31,795 nt of DNA, taken from positions 1 to 31,795 of IMG/VR virus record IMGVR_UViG_3300017707_000625, one strand, 5' to 3'. This document shows, piece after piece, positions 16,115-24,836 of the stretch. The notes under the pieces are model-generated. The model searched no databases. It was not told the DNA's origin and saw only the letters and a program-made list of their open reading frames with translations. Position numbers and translations under genes: made by a program. The stretch is from a virus (lineage: Duplodnaviria > Caudoviricetes). The first letter of the stretch is position 1, and every line of letters starts with the position of its first letter.

Positions 16115-18595
16115 TTACCCCAAAACCATCCACGATTGACCATCTGGAACCGTCACAGCATATCCCGCTGCGACCGTGACAGGACTGACAGACAGTCCGT
16201 TTGTGTTGCTCGTAAGTGTGACATTGCTCGAAATCAAAATTTGCGATTCTAGGATTGGCCCACCTGCACCGCCACCTGTAGCCGACAACGTGCCAGCCGA
16301 CAAACTAAGGCCAGAACCTACCGTGACATTACTGAACCCGCCCGTACCGTTGTTGGCTAAAAGCTCTGTATTCGCACCCGTAGGAGCAGGAGCAGCACCT
16401 AACGTATTGTAGGAAAGCGTAACGGCTGTAGAACCGTCAAATGTCGTTCCTGACGCTGCACCCGACCCTGAGTTATTAAGCGTTAGTGCATTGGTTGTTG
16501 TACCACCTCCACCCGTTGCGCTGAGTGTCCCTGTAGAGAAACTTAAGCCAGTGCCTATGGTGACGTTTGAGAATCCACCAGACCCGTTACCATAAAGGAT
16601 GCTCGTCCCTGATGTGGCAGGAGCGTAATCCGTTCCTGATGTAGCCGCAGCAATAACACCCGATGATGCTTTCAACAGACCCGTAGTTGTAGCCGCTTTG
16701 ATGAGCTTGCCTGTTGTGCTGTCAAACAAAGCAATCTGGCTATCAACCGCACTTGATGGGCCAACTACATCACCTGAACCTGATGGGCTATCCCAGGCAA
16801 ACGTAGTCCCATTCCACTTTAAGTAAGTATTGCTAACCGTAGGTGCGGTTGCAAATGTGGTTGTGTTAGCACCTGACTGATACAACAGTTGATTAGCAGT
16901 GCCACTCGCAATGCTTGCAGCCGTACCCGTTGTGTTTTGGTTAAGGGTAGGAATGTCAGCCGCAACTAAAGCCCTAAATGTCGGAACTCCGGCTGAACCA
17001 TTGGGAGAGGCTAGGACATAGTTTGCCGTTTTGCTTGCATAAGGATTCTGCGTATCACCGTAGTTTGCTGCAAGACTGATCGCAGGAGTCGATCCACCGC
17101 TTGAACTGACAGGAGCGGTTCCAGTTACAGATGTGACACCTCCGGCAGACGTGTCCCAAGTAAACGCCGTTCCATTCCACTTAAGAAAAGTATCAGTAAC
17201 TGTAGGCGCAGTAATAAACGATGTTGTATTTGCGGCAGTTTGATAAACAATTCGATTGGAACCACCACCATAAACCGCAGCCGTTTGTGCTGACTGACCA
17301 GAAATGTCAATCGCCCATGTACCAGTTGCATTGGCACCCGTGGTTGATGGTGCGCCAATGGTGTTGTAACTAATAGTCCTTGCTACGGAACCATCAAAAG
17401 TTGTACCTGATGCAGCACCTGATCCACCATTATTGAAAGTAACGGAATATGTTGTTGTACCACCGCCCCCGCTTGCCGCAGCCCAGGTGAAAGCAGACCC
17501 ATTCCATTGCAAGTAAGTCGAACTTGTGGTCGGAGCATCAATAAATGATGTCGCTCCAGAACTTGTCTGATAGGAAATTTTATTTGCCGCACCACCGGCA
17601 AGATTTGTTGCAGTCGTAGCACTTGTTGCAGACGTAGCGCTTGTAGCGGTTGCTGCGTTGATATTCCACGAACCTGTCGCGCCTGTACCTGTGATTGGAA
17701 CATAGTCGGTGCCAGCAGTTGCATTTGCAAAACCACCAGAACCATCACCTTTTAAGATGCTAGTTCCACTTGTGGCAGGCGCATAGTCAGTACCTGATGT
17801 TGCATTGCTAAACCCACCAGCGCCGTTGCCTTTTAAAATACTTGTGCCGCTTGTTGCTGGCGCATAATCCGTTCCCGATACGGCAGCAGCAATAACACCA
17901 CTCGTTGCCTTTACAAGACCTGTTGTCGTTGCAGCCTGAATAAGTTTTCCGGTCGTGCCGTTGAACAAAGCTATTTGTGCATTGACTGACAACGCAGGGC
18001 CATTAACATCACCTGCGCCAATTGTTGTGCGAATACCTGCCGTAGTTGTTGCGCCCGTTCCACCGTTAGCAATAGGTAATGGCGTTCCTGAATAAGTAAC
18101 CGCTAAGGTTCCACTGGTTGTAATAGGCGAGCCAGCAACTGACAAAAAGTTTGGCACGGACATAGCAACCTGGGAAACCGAACCGCCTCCCCCGCCACCT
18201 CCTGCTGCATTCTTAACAGACAATAATTGAAAGCTCGTGCCGTCGTACATCACCGATGCAATGGCACCAACAACAATGGCATTAGCCGACAACGTACTGC
18301 CATCAGGGTAAATAATGGCTTTCGCACCCTGACCATTGACGTTTAAGGTAGCTGGCCCCGTATTAGCAGTCGTTGCTTGAAACTGAATTGCCAGTCCAGC
18401 CTGGTAAGTTGTCGAAATACCAGAAAGCGCAACGACATAAGCATCTGTCGTACCTGAATCAAGCGCATAGTTGCTAAACGTAGCTGCATCATTTAAAGCC
18501 GTTGCAACTGTAGAAAAGTCAGCGTCAAGGTTAGCAAGTGGAATGCTTGTTGTTGCAGTGGCAAACGTATTGGGTATGGTTACTGGCTTTGCCAT
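16115..18595 (-). CDS. Major tail fibre protein with internal module repeats
   Basis: 826 aa, T/G/S/A-rich; ANTGPATLNVNGQGAK motif; repeated GTDYAPATSG, YQ...LxWNG and GTTFDGS modules. Confidence 0.85.
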   Translation of the reverse strand: MAKPVTIPNTFATATTSIPLANLDADFSTVATALNDAATFSNYALDSGTTDAYVVALSGISTTYQAGLAIQFQATTANTGPATLNVNGQGAKAIIYPDGSTLSANAIVVGAIASVMYDGTSFQLLSVKNAAGGGGGGGSVSQVAMSVPNFLSVAGSPITTSGTLAVTYSGTPLPIANGGTGATTTAGIRTTIGAGDVNGPALSVNAQIALFNGTTGKLIQAATTTGLVKATSGVIAAAVSGTDYAPATSGTSILKGNGAGGFSNATSGTDYAPATSGTSILKGDGSGGFANATAGTDYVPITGTGATGSWNINAATATSATSATSATTATNLAGGAANKISYQTSSGATSFIDAPTTSSTYLQWNGSAFTWAAASGGGGTTTYSVTFNNGGSGAASGTTFDGSVARTISYNTIGAPSTTGANATGTWAIDISGQSAQTAAVYGGGSNRIVYQTAANTTSFITAPTVTDTFLKWNGTAFTWDTSAGGVTSVTGTAPVSSSGGSTPAISLAANYGDTQNPYASKTANYVLASPNGSAGVPTFRALVAADIPTLNQNTTGTAASIASGTANQLLYQSGANTTTFATAPTVSNTYLKWNGTTFAWDSPSGSGDVVGPSSAVDSQIALFDSTTGKLIKAATTTGLLKASSGVIAAATSGTDYAPATSGTSILYGNGSGGFSNVTIGTGLSFSTGTLSATGGGGTTTNALTLNNSGSGAASGTTFDGSTAVTLSYNTLGAAPAPTGANTELLANNGTGGFSNVTVGSGLSLSAGTLSATGGGAGGPILESQILISSNVTLTSNTNGLSVSPVTVAAGYAVTVPDGQSWMVLG

Positions 18596-20520
18596 CAGAA
18601 CCTCGCTCTTAGTTCATGTTCAAGCTGGAAGCCATTGAATGTAAAGGCTGGCGCAGTCGATGTTACCGTCATACCCAGGTATTTTCCATACATTTGCGCG
18701 TCGTACTTCAGTAACTTATAACCTTCAGTCAACTGATAGCCCGATGAAATCCATTGCAGGGTGCTTCCAGCGTTATTAGTCCATGCAATGTTATTAAATG
18801 AATTGTTTTGCCAATTAACAGCGTTACCTAATGCAATCGATGTTGATGCTTTAGCCTCGCTATCAATCGAAATATTCAATGAACCTGCGACTGTGACAGG
18901 AAACGTCGCTTCAACACCAAGTTTTAAGGCTTGCTTGTCTCGAATTGGGTCTTTCAAGTCCCAAAGTGCCGTAACAACCTCTGTTGAGATATTGGCCGTT
19001 TGATCTTCGTAAAGCCTGTAAAAAGCGCCGCCTGATTCAACACCATAGACATTGATTAAGCCATTGACGGGCGAAGAATTGATATGCGTCAAATTGCCTT
19101 GGTAACTGATGAACCATTTACGATCAAAGAAGACTAACTGTACTCGTCGGTAAGTTCCGTTATCGTTGTACCTAACGTTCCATGCCGATACCAAGATGTT
19201 GTAGATCAACGTCTGGCACCCAGTCACCGTCGAACTAAAGTCAATGTTAGGAAAGATACCGTCTAGTGCATCACTAATCTTGGTTGTTGTAGCACCTACC
19301 AGTGCATACACACCATAGCGGTTGATAAACAGAATGCTGCGGAAATAAGCAAAAACACCAAGGAAAAGCTCAGTACCAATTGATGCGCTGATATTGGTGT
19401 TGGTAAAAAGCGTTTCACCAGCCGTATTGACGCGAACATCCGAAAAGACGTTAATTGATGATTCGCCAAACACATACAGAAAGTTATTAGCAGCAATGAT
19501 CTGCGTGATGTCACCGTAAAGCGTTGCATCGACAAGCGTGATATTGCCAGCAGAAATGCTTGTGAAATCGTTGTAGCTATCGGCTGCGGTGTAGTAAACC
19601 GTTCTACCGTCAGCAATCCATACCCTTCCTGAAAAAGACTGGATACTTGATCCAACCTGGCTAATAACGGTTGCGGTTGCGGTTGCAGAAGAGCCTGCGC
19701 CATTAGGGTCTGCCACATAAAGCAAGGTACAAGTGCCATTTGCTACGGAGCCGCTAGTATGCGTTGGTGCCGTAGAACTTGTTGTACCGCCTACCGTAAC
19801 GTAATAATAATTACCGCCAGAAGATAACAACCTTCCAGCCTGAAAAGCTGTGGTTGATGCCCATGCTACTGCGCCTGACGTTCCAATATAAACAGTTGGT
19901 GCGCTGGTATAACCCGTTCCATACTCACCAACCGTAATAGCCGTAACAGCATTAGCCGTAACCGTTGCAGTGGCGGTTGCTTGTATGCCACCCGTATTAT
20001 TTGGCGCAGAGAAAGTTACGATAGGTGCCGAGGTGTATCCGCTGCCGCCTGCTGTAACGGTAACCGTACCGACCGAACCGACCCGAACGAGATTCGTCCC
20101 GTCGAATGTAGCGTAGCCATAAGTTGTGTCAATGATGAGGATTCGTTCATTCTTCCATTGACTGATTTGGGTTCTTGTTCCGCTGAAGGTGCCTGAGCTA
20201 GCCAGCGTGACCGGCGCGGTAGGGGTTTCCAAGTTGACATATTGCGCACCTCCATTGGTAAAGAAGGCAAACATGTATGCGGTGCCATTGATATTGGCTG
20301 GTGCCATGTAATGCACCGTACCGCCCCAACTAAAGTTTGTGCTGCTATAGGTAACGCGCTTTTCTTTAGGGATAACCTTTAGGTTGGAGTACCCAATAGG
20401 CATCACATTCTCTATCCAGGCAAATTCATTCTCCTGAATAGCCGTGCGATTGGCCTTGGTGTTAAGCCCTTTGAAATCCTTGGTAACGTGGTAGGACTTC
20501 TTTTGCTCAACAGCGGCCAT
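18595..20520 (-). CDS. Tail nozzle / packaged-DNA stabilisation protein (P22 gp10 / T7 gp12-like position)
   Basis: 641 aa; begins DFKGLNT; beta-propeller-like aromatic pattern (GRVWIADG, NFLYVFGESSI, KISDAL); follows the adaptor. Confidence 0.7.
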   Translation of the reverse strand: MAAVEQKKSYHVTKDFKGLNTKANRTAIQENEFAWIENVMPIGYSNLKVIPKEKRVTYSSTNFSWGGTVHYMAPANINGTAYMFAFFTNGGAQYVNLETPTAPVTLASSGTFSGTRTQISQWKNERILIIDTTYGYATFDGTNLVRVGSVGTVTVTAGGSGYTSAPIVTFSAPNNTGGIQATATATVTANAVTAITVGEYGTGYTSAPTVYIGTSGAVAWASTTAFQAGRLLSSGGNYYYVTVGGTTSSTAPTHTSGSVANGTCTLLYVADPNGAGSSATATATVISQVGSSIQSFSGRVWIADGRTVYYTAADSYNDFTSISAGNITLVDATLYGDITQIIAANNFLYVFGESSINVFSDVRVNTAGETLFTNTNISASIGTELFLGVFAYFRSILFINRYGVYALVGATTTKISDALDGIFPNIDFSSTVTGCQTLIYNILVSAWNVRYNDNGTYRRVQLVFFDRKWFISYQGNLTHINSSPVNGLINVYGVESGGAFYRLYEDQTANISTEVVTALWDLKDPIRDKQALKLGVEATFPVTVAGSLNISIDSEAKASTSIALGNAVNWQNNSFNNIAWTNNAGSTLQWISSGYQLTEGYKLLKYDAQMYGKYLGMTVTSTAPAFTFNGFQLEHELRARF

Positions 20521-20522
20521 GA

Positions 20523-21167
20523 TCAGTACGGTACAGAGTAGGGTGTGGGCAAGCGACGGGTAAAGCTGGAGTTAATCGCTGCCAAGAGTTGTTTCTTGTA
20601 CTCGGCATTGAAGATTTCGGCTTCACCGTAAGACTGTTCTTTATATTTAGCCTTATAAGCAGCGTAAAACGCTACAGGCGACGTATAGGGTTCTAAGATG
20701 GGTTCAGTCTGTGAGTCAGAAGTCAACGGCACCGGCAAAACGATGGTGTCAAACTCCATGACGTAAACCTGGTCAGGAACTGGCCCTAAATAGATCGTAC
20801 TTTGTGCATAGCGCGTAAAAGCAATGGGCCTGCCCGTGTAGTTCTGCCAAAACCGCAACTCAGCGTTGAATTGCGTCCATGACATGTAGCGTAAGGGGAT
20901 TCGCGTGTTTCCCCAGTACAAGTTAACGTTTAAGACATCAAGAATCTGCTCAGCATAAGTTGGCAGCGTTAATGATGTGATTTGAAAGGTTTCAACCGAG
21001 GTGGTCGTGTTGCCCGTGAGGATTGCTCGCAAACACCCCGTATCTCGGACTACTCGGTGCCTCGCACCATTGATGTAGTCAGTAAGCTCTGTGTCAGACC
21101 AGAAATTACCAGCCGCATCATGCAGGAGTCTTCTAACTTCTGCGATATAGCCCGAATAGGTTGCCAT
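20523..21167 (-). CDS. Head-to-tail adaptor protein
   Basis: 214 aa; VRRLLHD...FWSDTELTDYIN...IYLGPVPDQVY...VAFYAAYKA pattern of podovirus adaptors. Confidence 0.75.
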   Translation of the reverse strand: MATYSGYIAEVRRLLHDAAGNFWSDTELTDYINGARHRVVRDTGCLRAILTGNTTTSVETFQITSLTLPTYAEQILDVLNVNLYWGNTRIPLRYMSWTQFNAELRFWQNYTGRPIAFTRYAQSTIYLGPVPDQVYVMEFDTIVLPVPLTSDSQTEPILEPYTSPVAFYAAYKAKYKEQSYGEAEIFNAEYKKQLLAAINSSFTRRLPTPYSVPY

Positions 21168-21509
21168 TTACGCCTCATTAGCAGGAGGTTGGACTTTGGC
21201 CGCACCCCGACCGCGAAGAGGGGGCGCGGCTACTCGATCCACCACGAGGGCTGACAAGTGGTCGGATTTGATTGGCGCGTCTGTAAATACAAACTCTTTG
21301 AGCTTGCCCATGGCTTTCTCATAGTCTGTATTCATTCTCATCCAGCCAAGACGCACCAAGTAAGGAATTTTATTGTCATCGCCGTAGCCAAAAATATGAC
21401 GGGCAACAACAGGTTCCACTGGAACACTTTTGTTAGGCGGAAATTCAATACGCTGATCGACGTATTTACCAATCAGCGTATCGCTGCCTTTGTTAGTCAC
21501 AAAGATCAT
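21168..21509 (-). CDS. Hypothetical protein (head completion region)
   Basis: 113 aa; coupled to both neighbours. Confidence 0.7.
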   Translation of the reverse strand: MIFVTNKGSDTLIGKYVDQRIEFPPNKSVPVEPVVARHIFGYGDDNKIPYLVRLGWMRMNTDYEKAMGKLKEFVFTDAPIKSDHLSALVVDRVAAPPLRGRGAAKVQPPANEA

Positions 21510-21925
21510 GCTTCGAGAATATCCCCGTAAACGTAGACATCTGCCGTTGCTGCTGCACCTTGTGCGGTAGTAAGCGACAAGTATAAGTTGGGAATACTAC
21601 TTTTAACCGTTGTACTTGCACTGCCTGTTGTACTAAGGGTCAGGTCAAGGAACAGCGTTGAAGCGGAAAGCGAAGAATATGCTTGGGAAGAAGCAACCAC
21701 TGCTGTACCACCTTTGGAGGCAGCGGTATAAACGCCGCCTGCCGCAGTGGTCAATGAGATGGAAGCATTCGTTACAACAATCCGACGAAGAATAAACTTC
21801 GAGGGATTACTGAACATCACAATGCGCTGATCATCCGTGCTATTCATATTAGCACTGATCAGTTTCCCAAGCAGGATACCTCCGAACTGCTGCGGTAACA
21901 GACTACCGACTTTGTTGGCATCCAT
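21506..21925 (-). CDS. Putative minor capsid / decoration protein
   Basis: 139 aa, beta-rich, S/T/A-rich; ends ADVYVYGD; GAGG RBS; downstream of MCP. Confidence 0.55.
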   Translation of the reverse strand: MDANKVGSLLPQQFGGILLGKLISANMNSTDDQRIVMFSNPSKFILRRIVVTNASISLTTAAGGVYTAASKGGTAVVASSQAYSSLSASTLFLDLTLSTTGSASTTVKSSIPNLYLSLTTAQGAAATADVYVYGDILEA

Positions 21926-21937
21926 GCTTTACCTCGC

Positions 21938-22267
21938 TTAGGTGTTGTAAGTGCCAGTTGCTGCCTGACCACCATTGACGGTCATCAGGGTAACGGTCGC
22001 CTCAGTGCTGCTGTTGTTGAACCGGACGTTAATACCATCCGAGAACAACGAACCGCCAGTGTTAGCAGCGATTAGCGTCACCCAAGAAGAACCGTTGTAT
22101 ACCTGAACGCTTACGTTAGCGGTGGGGATCAACAAGTACATACCGACCGGAACAAGCGTCGTTGTACTTGCAGCCGCCGTAACGGTTACTGCGTCAAGAT
22201 AAGCACCTGCGGTGTCGGCGTTAGCCGAGCTAGAGGCAAGGATGAGTTTCGTTAGTGCCAATGCCAT
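21938..22267 (-). CDS. Putative capsid cement / decoration protein
   Basis: 109 aa, beta-rich; AGGAG RBS; immediately after MCP. Confidence 0.55.
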   Translation of the reverse strand: MALALTKLILASSSANADTAGAYLDAVTVTAAASTTTLVPVGMYLLIPTANVSVQVYNGSSWVTLIAANTGGSLFSDGINVRFNNSSTEATVTLMTVNGGQAATGTYNT

Positions 22268-22277
22268 GATCGACTCC

Positions 22278-23279
22278 TTACAGCGTGAGGGAGTTGAGGC
22301 CAGTCACCTTGGTCATGCTCTTGGGCTTGGTGCTCACCATTTCTGCAATGGTCAACACAGCGCCAACATAACCAATCTGCCAGTTTGGCAGGGTGGACTC
22401 AAAGCCCGTAAAGGCAAACTCGGCCTGATCGTGAATGTACATGCTGAGATAGTTCGTATTCAGCAGATACAGCTCACCTTCCGTGCAATACGGATCAGGA
22501 TAAATCGGCACACCGGCAACCATCAATGCGCGGAAGCCAGAAGTCGGGCCTTCTTCGCCGCTTGCAAAGTTGCTACCAGGCGTGATCATGTAGGTTTCTT
22601 GACCTACAAAATCTTGTGCCAACAGCGTCCAAGTACCAAAGCCGCAAACACCAAAGGTCGGTACCTCTGCGCCATTCTTCACCGTTCCAGAAATGTACTG
22701 GAGGATGTTTTGACGGGTTGGGTTAACCGAACCAGCAGCGTACTCTTTCGATGCCCACCATGAGTAGGTCGAACGAGACAAGCCACCGTAGCTACCAGCC
22801 GAATCAACAGCAATGGGCAAGCCCGTAAACTGCTGTGCATTGCTGGTATTGGTGTACAGCGCTGTTGCCATGGCATCCATCATGACGTTGGTCGCATCGT
22901 TCATGCGAGCCTCAATCAAAGGAATCACAGCATAGTCTTGCTGAACCGCACCTTCCATACCGAGGAATGGAACAGGCGCAATCATGAGCTTGAGGTTGAA
23001 CTCAGCGTTGTAAGCACCCTGCATGACGCTAGGCTGTGCAAACGAACCGCTGTAATCCGACCACTGTGCGTTAACAAACTGGGAACCTTGTACAGGCACA
23101 GTTACCGATGACACACCGCCAGAAGCAGTTTGTGAATTGGCAAGCAATGCTGCAAGCAAGGGCGTGGAGTTATAAAGCTGGACAACCAGTTTAGGAATGA
23201 ACGCTCTACGGGTGACGTAGGTCAGCTCATTGTACTGACTGGTGCCGCTTGCTGGGATAATACCGCCACCAATAGGCAT
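22278..23279 (-). CDS. Major capsid protein (HK97 fold expected)
   Basis: 333 aa; follows the scaffold; C-terminal GVPIYPDPYC...LYLLNTNYL pattern typical of MCPs. Confidence 0.85.
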   Translation of the reverse strand: MPIGGGIIPASGTSQYNELTYVTRRAFIPKLVVQLYNSTPLLAALLANSQTASGGVSSVTVPVQGSQFVNAQWSDYSGSFAQPSVMQGAYNAEFNLKLMIAPVPFLGMEGAVQQDYAVIPLIEARMNDATNVMMDAMATALYTNTSNAQQFTGLPIAVDSAGSYGGLSRSTYSWWASKEYAAGSVNPTRQNILQYISGTVKNGAEVPTFGVCGFGTWTLLAQDFVGQETYMITPGSNFASGEEGPTSGFRALMVAGVPIYPDPYCTEGELYLLNTNYLSMYIHDQAEFAFTGFESTLPNWQIGYVGAVLTIAEMVSTKPKSMTKVTGLNSLTL

Positions 23280-23300
23280 GATGTATTCCTTTTAAGCTAA

Positions 23301-23843
23301 TTAACGAAGGCCAATGGGACGAGACTGGTTACCCTGTCTCAGTTCATTGAGTGCATTTGCCGCTGCCTCTCTTGCCGCTGCTGCTGGATTCTTCAAATAC
23401 TTCTGAAAATCATTGACTTTAGAAGTAATCGGCTGATTGCTATAAGCCGGTGTTGGCTTGTCCGCTTGCTTCATCCAGTTGTAGTACTCAGCAGCCGATT
23501 CATGATTACTGATGCCCTTTTCAATCATCAATTTCTCGATGGCCTTGACATCATCATCTGATTCGGCAAGACGCTTTTCCTTGAGCGTATTTCTACGTTT
23601 CTCTAGCTCATTGCGAGCATCCTTTTCTTTCAATCGTGCCTCTAATTCGGCAATCTTTTGCTGTTGCGCAGCAATTGCAGAATTAGTGCGCTCTTCGATC
23701 TCAAGTTCAGGAACAGGAAGATCAGGGTGTGCTTGCTTTGTCAGCTTCAGAAACTCCTTTCGGGTTTTCGGATTCTCAGCCAAGGCTTTCGCCAAGGCGG
23801 CAAGTTCATCCCTTGCGTCAGGGGTAAGGTTTTCAAGCGACAT
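23301..23843 (-). CDS. Capsid scaffolding protein
   Basis: 180 aa; charged coiled coil directly upstream of MCP. Confidence 0.7.
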   Translation of the reverse strand: MSLENLTPDARDELAALAKALAENPKTRKEFLKLTKQAHPDLPVPELEIEERTNSAIAAQQQKIAELEARLKEKDARNELEKRRNTLKEKRLAESDDDVKAIEKLMIEKGISNHESAAEYYNWMKQADKPTPAYSNQPITSKVNDFQKYLKNPAAAAREAAANALNELRQGNQSRPIGLR

Positions 23844-23865
23844 AGTTTTCAGCCCTCAACTTCAA

Positions 23866-24045
23866 TTAAATGACACGCTTGGTGTCACCAGGTTTACTAA
23901 GCGTCATACGGTTTTTGGAAACCTTTGACGAACCCGACAGACCGCCAAATGGTTCATAGCGGGGTGGGTTATAAATCTGACCATTCTGCTGTTGATTATC
24001 GGTAGGCCGACGAATCGTTCCAGCTTTAGGCTTAAACAGTTCCAT
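23866..24045 (-). CDS. 59-aa head-region protein; not in ORF track
   Basis: MELFKPKAGTIRRPTDNQQQNGQIYNPPRYEPFGGLSGSSKVSKNRMTLSKPGDTKRVI; AGGAG RBS; fills the gap. Confidence 0.75.
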   Translation of the reverse strand: MELFKPKAGTIRRPTDNQQQNGQIYNPPRYEPFGGLSGSSKVSKNRMTLSKPGDTKRVI

Positions 24046-24054
24046 ACGTTTCTC

Positions 24055-24531
24055 CTAAATAGGAAGGGGTGGGTTTTGAGTCCCAGGGGTTGGTGCCGCA
24101 GCCATAGCTCGCATCTCAGCCGACGCGCCTCCAGCCTGGGGCAGGGTTTGAATCATTTGCAAGATTTCAGCAGGCACTAACTCTTTGGCTTTGTAATCCA
24201 TCTCGCCAAAAGCAGAACCTAGCTTGCCAATTGCCTCTTTAACCGCCTTTTGTTCTGGCGATCCATCAGGAAACTTTTGCATGGCACCCATGAGCATACC
24301 CATGCCAAGCTGCACATCAATGCGGCCTTGCATCTCTTCGCCTTTCTTAGGCTCTGGGGTAGACATGGGAGATGACATGGGAGGCGAGGAAGCGCCAGAA
24401 AGGGCAGGTTTCTTCTCCATACCCTCTTCACCTTCGGTGCCTTCTTCTTCAACCTCAATTTCCATCGAGGCTTTACCGTCTTTGGCACCGCCACGAATGA
24501 GTTTCATCAGTTCTTCAGCGCTAACGCCCAT
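24055..24531 (-). CDS. Hypothetical head-assembly protein (M/E/P-rich)
   Basis: 158 aa; AAGGA RBS; low-complexity ends around a central helical hairpin (FPDGSPEQKAV). Confidence 0.75.
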   Translation of the reverse strand: MGVSAEELMKLIRGGAKDGKASMEIEVEEEGTEGEEGMEKKPALSGASSPPMSSPMSTPEPKKGEEMQGRIDVQLGMGMLMGAMQKFPDGSPEQKAVKEAIGKLGSAFGEMDYKAKELVPAEILQMIQTLPQAGGASAEMRAMAAAPTPGTQNPPLPI

Positions 24532-24551
24532 AATATGTCCTTTCAGCGCGG

Positions 24552-24579
24552 TTTATACCACTTAACGACCGTCTGTCAA
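24552..24579 (-). promoter_or_regulatory. Sigma70-type promoter for head genes
   Basis: Minus strand TTGACA(24579-24574)-N16-TATAAA(24557-24552) with extended -10 TG; lies in one of the few real intergenic gaps. Confidence 0.7.
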
Positions 24580-24583
24580 GCGA

Positions 24584-24631
24584 TTAACGGCGTGATGGGC
24601 GAGCATAACGTAACATTTTGCGTTGCATCAT
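24584..24631 (-). CDS. 15-aa Arg-rich micropeptide; not in ORF track
   Basis: MMQRKMLRYARPSRR; GGAGG upstream; ATGA overlap with the preceding gene. Confidence 0.5.
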   Translation of the reverse strand: MMQRKMLRYARPSRR

Positions 24632-24828
24632 GAGAATCGACCTCCGGCACGTTGATAACCCGTGCGATTCATCGTTGCACGGCCATAATTGAGTTGTGGG
24701 GTGCGATAAATCTGTTTTAACTCAGTTCTATCGACTTTTGGCTGGTCATTTTGGTAGGAAAAGCGGTCAGTACCGCCTCTTGTACCGCCTGTACCGCCAT
24801 TCATGTTGGAATTACCGTTTGTCAGCAT
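24628..24828 (-). CDS. Hypothetical 66-aa protein
   Basis: AGGAG RBS; follows the portal; G/R/N-rich. Confidence 0.7.
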   Translation of the reverse strand: MLTNGNSNMNGGTGGTRGGTDRFSYQNDQPKVDRTELKQIYRTPQLNYGRATMNRTGYQRAGGRFS

Positions 24829-24836
24829 AAAAACTC

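Noticed and set aside
22268-22300. Programmed frameshift or readthrough extending the capsid protein
   Set aside because: No slippery heptamer at the MCP 3' end; TAA stop, and the next gene has its own AGGAG RBS
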